Of a stretch of DNA of 64,000 nucleotides, positions 1-9,234 are shown one piece after another. This DNA is from Candidatus Aminicenantes bacterium. Its GTDB lineage: Bacteria > Acidobacteriota > Aminicenantia > Aminicenantales > UBA4085. The position numbers and the translations under genes are program-made. Below the pieces are notes generated by a model, which was not told where the DNA came from, did no database searches, and saw only the letters and a program-made list of their open reading frames with translations. The stretch's first letter is position 1. Each line of letters starts with the position of its first letter. Location: positions 12,675-76,674 of the forward strand of contig CAWKFB010000017.1 of the NCBI GenBank assembly GCA_963848835.1. The letters run 5' to 3'.

Positions 1-78
1 GTTCAAATCGATTACGCCGGAAAAGTTCATTATCTGGTTCATTATGTGCATAATAGAATGCTTTTTATTTTCAACGTT

Positions 79-110
79 GGGACACGACTGATACTGTCCC
101 CCGAATTATT
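79..110 (-). repeat. Family-A short palindromic (REP-like) element, copy A1 (degenerate)
   Basis: Plus strand reads gggacacgactgATACTGTCCCCCGAATTAtt and shares the TACTGTCCCCCGAATTA core with the 1321, 8046, 10279 and 10368 copies. The TTA at 106-108 inside the repeat is the TAA stop of the minus-strand gene 106..1199. Confidence 0.55.
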
Positions 111-1199
111 TTGCGGCGAAGACCTCGACACTATCTTCGGGGTACGTACGGAGGATGTAGAACTCTTTTCGACCGGCCTCTTTTCCAACCAGGAGGCCGC
201 AAAATCCCAAAGCCGAGCGCCTATTTTGGTAATAATACTCTCGGATCTTTCCCTTCATGTCCAGTAACAGCACCTCTATTCGATACGAAGCCCCTGTCGC
301 GACATAAAGGCCGTCTTCATTCGCGTAAATGGCATTGATGATGAAACCGAAAGGGAACTGTCCTCCCGCCTCCGCTCGCTCAAACATCTTCTTATTTATC
401 GGGACGATCTTTTCGCTGATGCCGCTCTCCAATTTGAGCTCGCCAAGCAGGGCCCCATCAAGAGAATACCGACGGATGATCGGGAGAAACCGGAAGGCGA
501 CGAATAGCGTCCCATCGGGCGCGATTGTCATCCGGACCGAACCCAAATCCTCAATATTGTATTTCGGGAGGTCCGGAAGGGACCCGAACGCGTTCGAGAC
601 CTTGCCCTGGAAATCCAACACCTCGATGAGCCCGATCTTCGACGCGGGCCGGGTAAAACGATTCCAAATCGGGGCCGCATAGATCTTCCCCCGCGGACGC
701 AGAAATCATGATGGCTCTTGGACGCCGCGAAGCCCGAGAGATATTTCCCCTCCAGATCGAAAAGTTGGAATCTATTCGTCGAAGCTTCACGCACTAGAAC
801 CCGATCATCCCAAGTGTAGAGATTCGTAGGCCGAGAGAATTCGCCTGGACCTTGGCCGGTCCGCCCGAATTTGAACGCTATCTTTCCGTTTCTGTTGAAA
901 ACAAGGACTTCGTCGGAACGCCAATCTGGGATGAAGATCCGCCCTTGGCGGTCTTCGGCAAAATTCTGGGCGGCCCCGATATAGATGGCGTCGGGCTCAT
1001 CGCCGCCGGGAGGGAAAGCACGGATCGACTCGAGTTCGATCGCACCGGCGGGCGTCCGAAATTCCTTGGCTTCAATGCGAAAGAGCTTACGAAGCTCCGG
1101 GTCTGTTTCTTGGACCGGCGATCCGCCGGCGAAAATAAAGCCGGCGATGACGACTAAAAGCAGAAGGAATAACGACCATCCTTCCCTCATGAGGGCCAT
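106..1199 (-). pseudogene. Six-bladed beta-propeller protein (GxGPGEF/NHL-like type), secreted; one frameshift, possibly an assembly indel
   Basis: ORFs 528..1199 and 106..621 are the N- and C-terminal parts of one protein. It has an N-terminal TM/signal (MREGWSLFLLLLVVIAGFIFAG) and blade motifs (RIFIPDWRSDEVLVFNRNGK, GRTGQGPGEF, DGTLFVAFRF, DGLYVATGASYRIEV). Hand translation shows that adding one C to the C5 run at 688-692 gives ..FCVRGGKIYAAPIWNRF..VLDFQGK and joins the two frames. Confidence 0.8.
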
Positions 1200-1320
1200 T
1201 CTTCTTCCCCCGATCGAACCCGCTCCAGCCTTCAGGATCCATCCCTAATCATAACATTAAACTCAAGCACACGGTCCTTAGTTGCGCCGATGAAAAGGCC
1301 ATTTTTGCTCTGGTAACGCC

Positions 1321-1360
1321 CGAATAATTCGGGAATTACGTATACTGTCCCCCGAATTAG
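1321..1360 (-). repeat. Family-A short palindromic (REP-like) element, copy A2
   Basis: Sequence is cgaaTAATTCGGGaattacgtatactgtcCCCGAATTAg, with a 9-bp inverted repeat TAATTCGGG/CCCGAATTA. The TTA at 1357-1359 is the TAA stop of the minus-strand gene 1357..2898. Confidence 0.7.
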
Positions 1361-2898
1361 ATGAAGTGCTTGTCGCGCACCCAGAGCTCGGCCATCGTGA
1401 CCTTCAACCCGCGGCAGAGGAAGACCGGCCGGTTGTTCTCATAGGGCATCGCCAGGGGATGCTTGAACGTCCCGGCATGCTCGACGGACTCGAAGAACGG
1501 ATTGATGTCTTCGAGGCTCTCCCCAAGATCATGCTCGGTCCCGAGGACGATCATCACCTCGCCCGTCTTCCCCTCCGGCGGGCCCCAGAGCCAATACGAA
1601 TTGTGGGCGCAGGTCGCTTTGGGCAGGCTGTATTTCCAGCCGAAGAAATCGATCGCCCCCGCTTCGCCGTATTCCGGACGTAAATGATGCACTTGGCCCG
1701 GTCCTCCGGGCTCAGCTTTTCGTAGACCCCGGCATACAACGCGATCATCTCCTCCCAGCCGAACATGTCCGCGTAATGTTGAGGTAGGGCCCCGATCGCG
1801 TTCCTTTCCTCGGCGTAACCCTCGAGACCGAGCGCTTTGAAATAGGCCTGGGTCGCGTCCAAAGATAGGACCGGAAGGGTGATCGGCCGCGTGAGCAGGC
1901 CGCAAACGACGATGAGGCCGGTCAGCGCCGCGGTGAAGGCCCGGGACGCTTTCTCAGGCTTGAGCGACTCCCAGAACGCGGCTCCCCCTGCGAACAGGAC
2001 CGGGTACGCAGGCGAAAGATAATAATTCTTGCCTTGGAGGGCCATCATCGCCAGGAACATCGCCGCGAACGCCCAGCCGAAGAATCGAAAAGGCCGGCCC
2101 GACCGGCGAAAGAAAAAGACCAGTCCGGGAACCCAAACCAGGATGTTCAGCGGATTTTGAAAGAGCACCTGGCCGGCGATGAACCCGAGCGGCGTCACCG
2201 GCGTGTTCTTTTCCGCGGATGCGTTCCCGAGGAACTCGAGGTGGGCCCAGCCCTGGCCGGCATTCCACAGGATATACGGCAGGAAAAGAAGCGCGGCCAA
2301 GCCGACGCCGGTCCAGAGGAACCGGCTTTTACGAAGTGCGCCCGGAGCGAGGTGAGCAGAACTCCGGCGGCGATGCCGAGGCACAGGAAGACGATCGTGA
2401 TCTTGTTTTGGAAGCCCAGGCCAAGGAGCAGGCCGATCCAAAGCCAAAGCTTCGGATTTCCGGTTCGGATCATCCGGGCGAGCATCCACAGGACGCCGGA
2501 CCAGATCAGGAGGTCCCACAGGTTCATGGAATAGATATGGAAGCTGAAATAATTGGACGTGGCGAACGCCGCCGCCGCGGCCAATCCCATCGCCCGCCCC
2601 CTCCCCCGAGCTCGCGGGCGATGAGAGCGGCGAGGAGGACGAAGGCGGCGCTCCCGAGGGCGGGCAGGAGCCGGACGGAGGCAAGCGAATCCCCGAAAAA
2701 GAGCCGGACGAGCTTAAGGATGAAGATCGAAAGAGGCGGGTGGTCGACAAAGCCGGCGGCGAGGTGGTCGCTGCAAGCGACATAGTAAAGCTCGTCCCGG
2801 AACCAGCCGAACCTGCCGATCGCGGCGAGCGCGAGCCCCAGATTGGCCGCGGTTAGAAGGCCGGGAACGAAGAAATCCCCCCGGACGAGCTTCTTCAT
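1357..2898 (-). pseudogene. ArnT/PMT-type (GT39/GT83-like) integral-membrane glycosyltransferase; at least 3 frame changes
   Basis: Four ORF fragments read as one multi-TM protein: the tail of 2524..3345 from MKKLVRG (ATG at 2898), then 2195..2590, 1554..2783 and 1357..1905. The N-terminal motif DELYYVACSDHLAAGFVDHPPL is typical of this family. One junction checked by hand at ~1674-1679 joins ..AKCIIYV to PEYGEAGAIDFFGW. Confidence 0.7.
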
Positions 2899-2899
2899 C

Positions 2900-4099
2900 T
2901 TAGAACGCCTCCCCTGCCGTGAAGTACATCCCCGACGTGCCCTTGCCGTAGCCGAAGTCGAGCCGGAGAGTAGCGCCTTCCGGGGTGACTTTAAAGCGCA
3001 GGCCCCAGCCCGCGACGCCTTTGAAGCCGGAGAGCCCGAGGCCGCCCAACCGGGGAGCGACCCGGCCCGCCCCGACGAAACCGGCCAGGCTGAATTTCCA
3101 GACGAGCGGCAGGCGGTATTCGGCCTGGACTGCCGCAAGGTGGTTGTCGCGGAAGCGGCCGCCGTAGTACCCGCGCATGGTATTGTCCGTCCCGAACATG
3201 GGCAGGGCGGTGAACGGGGCCGTCCCGAAGACGGACAGGAGATAAGCCTGCAGGGCGAGCGTGTGCGTATTCCCCACCGGGATGAAGGTCCGCAGGTCCG
3301 CCTTGACCTTGGTATAGCTGAAATCGCTGCCAAGGAGGCGGCCATAGGCGACGGCGGCCAGCTGGAGGAAATTCCCGTTCCGAGGATAGAACGTGCTATC
3401 CCGGTTATCCCACTTCACCACCGCGCCCGCTCCGCTCGTGACCCCTCCCCCGCTCCCCGGGACCTTCCCTTCGATCAATCGGCCGGCGGGATCTAGCTCC
3501 ACGAGTGTGCACCTGTCATAAAGATAATAGATGAGCCCGGCAAAGACGCTCCGGGCTTTCCAAACGCGCTTCGCCGCCGACGCCTCAAAGGAGAGGACGC
3601 GAGGCGTAAAGGCGTCTGCGCCGGCCGCCGGGGCGTCATTACCGACGCCGAAGAACTTCGACGGGGTTTTCTTCCAGCTCAGGTTCCCGGTGACGATGAG
3701 CGAATCGCCGGCGAGGTAAAGCTCCGGCTTGACGCTGAGCTCGAACTGCTTGTTCTGGGTGACCGTCCCGATGAAGGAAACCGAGGACGGCCTCCGGCCG
3801 GGACCGCGCCCGCCCGGCCAAAAGGTCACGATCCCGCCCACACCTCCGCCCCAACGCGTCTCGGGGGAATAGAACAGGACGGGGATGACGATCGTTGAGC
3901 CGTTCTTCTCCTTAACCTTCTCCGCCGGGCTCCCCTCCTGGGCCGCGCCTATGCCCTCCGCGCCGGCGAACAGGGCCGCCAGAAGGACGAGGGCGCGCGC
4001 CCGTCTGGGCCGATGCACTCCCGCCGTCCTCCCGCGGTTTTTCACTTCTTCAGAAAGCGGCCGAGGAACTCGTCGCCACGGTTGAAGACCATGGCCCAT
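2900..4099 (-). CDS. Omp85/Bac_surface_Ag-family outer-membrane beta-barrel protein
   Basis: 399-aa ORF with a signal-like RRARALVLLAALFAGAEG. The C-terminal beta-barrel pattern is ..RGYYGGRFRDNHLAAVQAEYRLPL..GFVGAGRV..WGLRFKV..LRLDFGYG.. and ends in F. The stop abuts the start of the next gene (2898). The start is uncertain because 4099 overlaps the upstream gene by 58 nt. Confidence 0.7.
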   Translation of the reverse strand: MGHGLQPWRRVPRPLSEEVKNRGRTAGVHRPRRARALVLLAALFAGAEGIGAAQEGSPAEKVKEKNGSTIVIPVLFYSPETRWGGGVGGIVTFWPGGRGPGRRPSSVSFIGTVTQNKQFELSVKPELYLAGDSLIVTGNLSWKKTPSKFFGVGNDAPAAGADAFTPRVLSFEASAAKRVWKARSVFAGLIYYLYDRCTLVELDPAGRLIEGKVPGSGGGVTSGAGAVVKWDNRDSTFYPRNGNFLQLAAVAYGRLLGSDFSYTKVKADLRTFIPVGNTHTLALQAYLLSVFGTAPFTALPMFGTDNTMRGYYGGRFRDNHLAAVQAEYRLPLVWKFSLAGFVGAGRVAPRLGGLGLSGFKGVAGWGLRFKVTPEGATLRLDFGYGKGTSGMYFTAGEAF

Positions 4100-6267
4100 T
4101 TGCCGAAGACGAGGAAATCGTGGACCTCGTCGGGGAAGATGATGAGCTCATGATAGATGTTCCGGGCCCGGAGGAGCTGGACGAGGCCGGTCAGCTGAGT
4201 GAAGGCCACGTTCCGGTCGTCGTCGCCCTGGACGAGGAGGACGGGCGACGTCCAATTGTCGACGGTCGAGGCCGGCGACGATTTGAATGCGGTGTCGTTC
4301 TGGTCGAGGGCGCCCCACTGATGGACGCCGGCGATGTCGAACCCGACCTTGAAGATGTCCGAATTCCGCGACAGGCCCCAGGCGGTGATCAGCCCGCCGT
4401 AGGACAGCCCCCACAATCCGATCCTCTCGGGGTCGACGTCCGGGCGCGATTGAAGGTACTTGGCCGCCGCGTAGACGTCCTGGTACTCGGACGCTCCGGC
4501 CCGGCCGCGGTTCGGGGCCATCCGGAAATCCCGCCCGTAGCCGATGCCCGAGCGGTAATTGACGGAGATGACGACATAGCCCTTGTTGGCCCAGTACTGA
4601 TTCATGGCGTAGGACATGTGGTAGAAGAACATGTAGTGGTAGCCGAGGAGCATCTGCCGGCCCGGGCCGCCGTGGGTGAAGAGGATGGCCGGCCGGCGCT
4701 CGCCGGGCTTGATGTCCTTGGGGACGAAGACCTGGTTGTGGAACTCGAGTCCGTCGGCCGCCTTGAGGATGACCTGTTCCGGAACGACCTGGGCTTCGAG
4801 GGGAAACGCGGCCGGGAGCGGCCGGGAGATGATCTTCGCCTCACCACCCGAGGCCGGCACGAGGGCGACGGCCCGGGGGCGCTTGGCGTCGGAATAAAAG
4901 ACGGCAATCCGCTTTCCGGACGCGAGCGGCGCGGCCTCGGTCTCGATCCCTTCGCCCTTGGTCAGTGGAGCGGGGATCCCGCCCGCGGTCGGCGTCGCCC
5001 AGAGGTGCCGCCGGTCGATGTCGCCGACGTTCGTCGTGTAATAGAGCGTCTTTCCGTCCCGGGCCAGGCCGATGAACTCGGCTTCACCGTCACCGGGCGT
5101 GAGGTCGAACGGGACGGCGTCGGCCGGGCCCGAGGCGAGGATGCCGTAGTAATGGGCCCAGTTGTTCCGCTCTTGCCGGAAGATGAAGCTGTCGCCGGCC
5201 CACATAATCCCCGTCGGGCGGAACGAAGTGTCGTCGAGCGGCTCGTGCCAGGCCTTGGCGAGCTCGCCGGTGGCGAGGTCCACGATGCAGATGTTGAGCA
5301 TGTGGCCGTCGGCGAACTTGGCCAGGACGAATCCCGGGCTCGTCACGGGTTGGGGCGCCGGGGCCGGCTCCTGGGGGTTCGTCGGCGGAGTTTGGGGCAG
5401 GCCCGGAACAAAAGCCCCGCGCTGTCCCCCCTGCCGCTGGGCGGCTTGCGCCTGGGCCAGGGCCAGAATCAGGGCGAACGACGAGCCGGGCCGGCGGATG
5501 AAAGCGATCTTTTTCCCGTCCGGCGACCAGGTTGGGCTCGAATCGCGGTCCACGGACGGCGCGAGATACGACACCTTCCGTCCCGCGAGCTCATAGATTC
5601 CGATGAAGGAATGGTCCTGGCGGTCACTGACGAAGGCGAGCCGCTTGCCGTCGGGCGACCAGACGGGATTGGAGTTCGTCCCCTGGGTCCGGAAGAGCGG
5701 ATTCAGCTCATCGGCGCCGGGATAGGGCGCCGGCTTCACCGTAGGCGCTACGCGAGCGCCGTAGATCTGCCCGCTCCTGACGAAGGACACCCACGCGCCG
5801 TCGGGCGAGAGCCGCGGCGAGGCGCCCGCGACGAGCCGGAAGGGCTTCGCTTCGAGGGTCCGGCAGGCCCAGATCGCCTGCTCGCTCCCGTCCGGGAAAT
5901 GCGACGGGTTGGCCACCCAGCCCTCGCGGTTCGGGTCATGCCCGCGGACGAACACGACGACCGCGCCGTTGTCCGAAATGGCCAGGCTGGTCAGGTCGGT
6001 CCCGTCGTCGGCCATGAAGCTCGTCAGCCGGATGGGCTTGAAATCGGGCCCCGCGGCCGTCCAGACGTTGCGCTTGCCTTGCTCGAACTCGAGCCAGGCG
6101 ATCCGCTCGGCTTTAGCGGCCGAAACGAGCTCGTAGGGGAACGCGTAGCTCAGGAACTGCTCGATGGTGGGCGGGGCCTGCTGAGCCAGGGCCGAAGCCG
6201 GCAGGACGACGGCCAGCGTCAGGAGGAAATAGACCGGGACCAGGAAGGCTTTTTGGAGACTTTTCAT
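4042..6267 (-). CDS. S9-family serine peptidase (prolyl oligopeptidase/DPP-like) with N-terminal TolB/PD40-type propeller
   Basis: Start placed at MKSLQKAFLVPVYFLLTLAVVLPASALA (ATG 6267). The rest of the 1037-aa ORF is read-through into the next gene. PD40 repeats are present (WSPDGKRLAFVSDR, WSPDGKKIAFIR), followed by the nucleophile elbow GLSYGG, then QGDDDRNV and DEVHDF. Confidence 0.9.
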   Translation of the reverse strand: MKSLQKAFLVPVYFLLTLAVVLPASALAQQAPPTIEQFLSYAFPYELVSAAKAERIAWLEFEQGKRNVWTAAGPDFKPIRLTSFMADDGTDLTSLAISDNGAVVVFVRGHDPNREGWVANPSHFPDGSEQAIWACRTLEAKPFRLVAGASPRLSPDGAWVSFVRSGQIYGARVAPTVKPAPYPGADELNPLFRTQGTNSNPVWSPDGKRLAFVSDRQDHSFIGIYELAGRKVSYLAPSVDRDSSPTWSPDGKKIAFIRRPGSSFALILALAQAQAAQRQGGQRGAFVPGLPQTPPTNPQEPAPAPQPVTSPGFVLAKFADGHMLNICIVDLATGELAKAWHEPLDDTSFRPTGIMWAGDSFIFRQERNNWAHYYGILASGPADAVPFDLTPGDGEAEFIGLARDGKTLYYTTNVGDIDRRHLWATPTAGGIPAPLTKGEGIETEAAPLASGKRIAVFYSDAKRPRAVALVPASGGEAKIISRPLPAAFPLEAQVVPEQVILKAADGLEFHNQVFVPKDIKPGERRPAILFTHGGPGRQMLLGYHYMFFYHMSYAMNQYWANKGYVVISVNYRSGIGYGRDFRMAPNRGRAGASEYQDVYAAAKYLQSRPDVDPERIGLWGLSYGGLITAWGLSRNSDIFKVGFDIAGVHQWGALDQNDTAFKSSPASTVDNWTSPVLLVQGDDDRNVAFTQLTGLVQLLRARNIYHELIIFPDEVHDFLVFGKWAMVFNRGDEFLGRFLKK

Positions 6268-6275
6268 GGCGAACC

Positions 6276-7967
6276 TCACTTCCATAGGATTTTCATCTCG
6301 TCGTCGAGGCCGGTCATCTCCCAGCGGATGAGGGACTGGGGGATGATCCCTTTGGAGAACATCTCTTCCAGGAATGTCTTCAGGACGAACGACTCCCCTC
6401 GCAGGCGGGCGGCGTCGGCCATCAGCTTTTCGACCTGGACTTTTCCGACCACATAGCTCGTTCCGTAGCCGGGCTGGTGGAGGTAGATCTTCAGGTCGGT
6501 CGCCATCGCCGCGCTGTCGGGAGCGATCCATCCGCGCGGCGTCGTCCGGGCGGCGTATGTGGCGGCGTCTTCGAGCGTCCATTCGTTGCTGTGGATCTTG
6601 AGGTCGGTCATAGCCCGGACCGCCCGGAAGGCGAGGAGGATATAGACGAGCTCGCGGGACCGCGGATTCCGGTCCATCATCCCGGCGCCCATCATCATCT
6701 CCTCGAACGCGGTGGCGAACCCCTCCGCCCGGCTGTCCCAGATGTTGTAGAGGAGAGGCGCGCCGCGGAGCGGATGGGTGTTGTGCCGCTCGCGCTCCTT
6801 CTCCAGCCAATGGACGGAATGGGCCCGCAGGGGCAGGACGTCGCGGTATTCGACCTGGCTCCAGAAGTCGCGGCGCTCGGGCGGGACGAGGGGCCCGACC
6901 CGGTCGCTGAGCTTCATCTGAGGCGTGACGGTCATGATCTCCGCGCTTTTCAGGAAAGCGAAGAACTCGGCCACGCCCTTGGTCATTCGCGCCTGCTGCT
7001 CCTCTCGGGTTTTCGGCAGCGGGAGGGGGGGGAGGAGGCGGTTGCGATGCTCCTCGAGCTTGAGATAGGCAAGGGACCGGTCGAGCTCGCGCTGGACGAT
7101 GGCAACCTGCTCTTCCCAGGTGTACGGCACGAGATGGACGTATTTCTGATACCAATCGTACTCGCTTTTGCCGATGCCGGAGGGGGCCTTGAGGCCGGGG
7201 AGCCTGCCTTCGAGCCAGGCGCGAAAGTCTTCCGCCGCGGCCTTCGCCGACTCGGCCAACGGGACGAGGTCCGGGTTCGATTCCGCCAGCCGTTTGGCCA
7301 GCCGGTCGAGCGCGGCGGCTTCATCTTTTTTGAGCCTGATCCCCATGATATAGAGATCCCGGGCGTCCTCGGTCAAATTGGACTTGGCCTGGGCGAGGAG
7401 GACGGGAATGGCGGCCAGCTTCTCACGGAAGGCTTCGGCCGCCGGTCCGCGGAGAGGGAACTCGAAGTCTGAGAGGCACAGACAACCGAAGACCTGGGCG
7501 CCTTCCCGGGCCGGGACGTCGGGTCCCGAGCCCTCGAGAACGGCGTAGAACGTCGGGTCGCGCGACCAGGGCCGCAGAACCCTGTGGTCGAACTCGAGGC
7601 CGTTCAGCTCCGCCCGGACGATCTCATAATCGACTCGCTCCGCGATCGGCCAGGCCGCCGTGTCGAACGCGGCGAGCCGGTCCCGGAACTCCTTGATCCT
7701 CGCCCGCTGAGCGGCCATGGCCGCCGCCGTGTAGTCCGGAACGCCGGCCGTCACCCGGGGCTTCCGGAATTCGCGGAACTCCTTCCAGAAGGACAGGAGG
7801 CTTGCGTACCCCGGCTTGGCTTCGCGGGCGGACGCGGCGGCGGGATCGGATGCTTCCGAATCCGTCTTTTGGGGGGAAGAGCCGGACCGGCAGGCCGGCA
7901 ACATTGGAAGAAGAAAGGAAAGAAAGAAGGCAGTTAGGCGAAAGGGACGGAATCTTCTGAGCGGCAT
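6276..7967 (-). CDS. DUF885-like lipoprotein (putative peptidase-like)
   Basis: 563-aa ORF with a lipoprotein signal (FFLSFLLPMLPAC). Its length and C-terminal region (..WDSRAEGFATAFEEMMMGAG.., IYLHQPGYGTSYVVGK) resemble DUF885 as I remember it. A GAGGAG RBS lies upstream. The family call is from memory. Confidence 0.6.
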   Translation of the reverse strand: MPLRRFRPFRLTAFFLSFLLPMLPACRSGSSPQKTDSEASDPAAASAREAKPGYASLLSFWKEFREFRKPRVTAGVPDYTAAAMAAQRARIKEFRDRLAAFDTAAWPIAERVDYEIVRAELNGLEFDHRVLRPWSRDPTFYAVLEGSGPDVPAREGAQVFGCLCLSDFEFPLRGPAAEAFREKLAAIPVLLAQAKSNLTEDARDLYIMGIRLKKDEAAALDRLAKRLAESNPDLVPLAESAKAAAEDFRAWLEGRLPGLKAPSGIGKSEYDWYQKYVHLVPYTWEEQVAIVQRELDRSLAYLKLEEHRNRLLPPLPLPKTREEQQARMTKGVAEFFAFLKSAEIMTVTPQMKLSDRVGPLVPPERRDFWSQVEYRDVLPLRAHSVHWLEKERERHNTHPLRGAPLLYNIWDSRAEGFATAFEEMMMGAGMMDRNPRSRELVYILLAFRAVRAMTDLKIHSNEWTLEDAATYAARTTPRGWIAPDSAAMATDLKIYLHQPGYGTSYVVGKVQVEKLMADAARLRGESFVLKTFLEEMFSKGIIPQSLIRWEMTGLDDEMKILWK

Positions 7968-8002
7968 GGGACTCTCCTCGAGACCGCGCGCCTCGCGGGC
8001 AT

Positions 8003-8031
8003 AAAATAATCGAGCCCCACGCTTATGTCAA
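8003..8031 (-). promoter_or_regulatory. Sigma70-type promoter for 6276..7967 (TTGACA-17-TATTTT)
   Basis: The minus strand reads TTGACAtaagcgtggggctcgatTATTTT, followed by a 35-nt leader containing GAGGAG before ATG 7967. Confidence 0.45.
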
Positions 8032-8045
8032 CGAAAGGAATTAAG

Positions 8046-8076
8046 GGGAATTAGGGGGACAGTATACGCAATTCCC
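8046..8076 (+). repeat. Family-A short palindromic (REP-like) element, copy A3
   Basis: Sequence is GGGAATTagggggacagtatacgcAATTCCC, with a perfect 7-bp stem. It lies in the divergent intergenic region between genes 6276..7967 and 8149..9234. Confidence 0.7.
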
Positions 8077-8098
8077 AAACTCATCGGTCCGGCACAGG

Positions 8099-8127
8099 TT
8101 GACAACATCGATATCCGCTTACATACT
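8099..8127 (+). promoter_or_regulatory. Candidate promoter for 8149..9234 (TTGACA-17-CATACT)
   Basis: Sequence is TTGACAacatcgatatccgcttaCATACT, 21 nt upstream of ATG 8149, with GAGGG as a possible RBS. Confidence 0.4.
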
Positions 8128-8148
8128 ATCGGCCAGAGGGTACGGGAC

Positions 8149-9234
8149 ATGCTCGGCTATATTCCTTCCCGGGTCGCCGGGTCGAGACAACACCATGTTC
8201 GGCGCGCCCGGGCCGCAGGAATTCTATTCGCCATCTATTGGTCATCGATTCTTTTCTCGCAGATAGCCGTCTCAGCTCCCCAACGCTACGATGTGGCGGC
8301 AGGCGAGATCACGATCGGACCGGTCCGTTTGGCGCTCGACCTGATGTTGGGCAGCGGCCCGGCGCCCAATAACGTCTTTAAATATCCCTACTCGCTGTGC
8401 GTCGATGACGACGGACGGATTTTCGTTGCCGACCGCGGGAACAAGCGGGTCCAGGTCTTCGATCCCGAAGGGGCTTTTCTTGCTACGATCGGAGGGCGCA
8501 AGAATAATGTCGTCAAGCTTTCGTATCCGAAGGCCCTGGCCGTAGATCCTGCGGGTCGGCTTTTCATCGGTGAATCCGGCTTACGCCAACCGTGGTTGTA
8601 CCGCTTGTCGAAAGTCCTTACCTTGGAGCGAAAGATCAAGATCCCATACAGCGCCGTCGGGATCGGATTTATCGACGAACGGATGGCTATCGCGACGAAG
8701 GACAAGCGTTCGAATGCGAACATATATATGACGGATCCCGAGGGCAATAAGGTCGGTACGATCGACGATATCGACCCGAATGAGATGCTCTGGAAAACCC
8801 GCGTCAACGCATGTATCGATCCGGCGGCGGGGATCGTCCTTGCGAACGAGTTTCGGCCAGGAATCAGGATTTTTTCCTCGTCTGGAAATCTCGTCAAGAG
8901 CTTCGATTATCGTGCCCGGCCCTTCAATTACAAAGAGCCCGACGAAAACGGCATCCTGGATTCGGGGAACAACGTCATCGGCAAGCCTTTCTGCTACGAC
9001 GTCGCCGTCGCCCCTAACGGCTGGATCTATCTCCTCGTCGCCAGGGATTTCGCCAGGAACGAATCGAGCAACTTGTTCCAGTTCGATCCGTCCGGAAAGA
9101 TGGTTGGCGTGATCAGTCTCTCGTTCTTGTGCAGCCGCCTCCTGATCGACAAGTCCGGCCGCTTTTATTTTCTCAGTCAGATGGAAACCGGGCTCCTCTA
9201 CCGGTATCGCCCGATCCCGGATCGGGGTGAATGA
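8149..9234 (+). CDS. NHL-repeat six-bladed beta-propeller protein, secreted or membrane-anchored
   Basis: 361 aa with an N-terminal hydrophobic segment (ILFAIYWSSILFSQIAVSA). NHL blades are YPYSLCVDDDGRIFVADRGNKRVQVFDPEGAFLATIGG, YPKALAVDPAGRLFIGE and FCYDVAVAPNGWIYLLV. Confidence 0.85.
   Translation: MLGYIPSRVAGSRQHHVRRARAAGILFAIYWSSILFSQIAVSAPQRYDVAAGEITIGPVRLALDLMLGSGPAPNNVFKYPYSLCVDDDGRIFVADRGNKRVQVFDPEGAFLATIGGRKNNVVKLSYPKALAVDPAGRLFIGESGLRQPWLYRLSKVLTLERKIKIPYSAVGIGFIDERMAIATKDKRSNANIYMTDPEGNKVGTIDDIDPNEMLWKTRVNACIDPAAGIVLANEFRPGIRIFSSSGNLVKSFDYRARPFNYKEPDENGILDSGNNVIGKPFCYDVAVAPNGWIYLLVARDFARNESSNLFQFDPSGKMVGVISLSFLCSRLLIDKSGRFYFLSQMETGLLYRYRPIPDRGE

Noticed and set aside
688-692. Frameshifted genes considered as genuine pseudogenes or programmed frameshift sites.
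   Set aside because: Shifts occur in at least 9 unrelated, otherwise intact-looking genes, at about one per 4 kb. Three of the four junctions I resolved by hand sit at homopolymers or dinucleotide runs, and they lack slippery-heptamer/pseudoknot context. Technical indels are the simpler explanation, but this cannot be proven without reads.
6268-7155. The N-terminal 295 codons of the 1037-aa ORF 4042..7155.
   Set aside because: The composition is Arg/Pro/Gly-rich junk and overlaps the DUF885-like gene in another frame. A clean signal peptide starts at ATG 6267.
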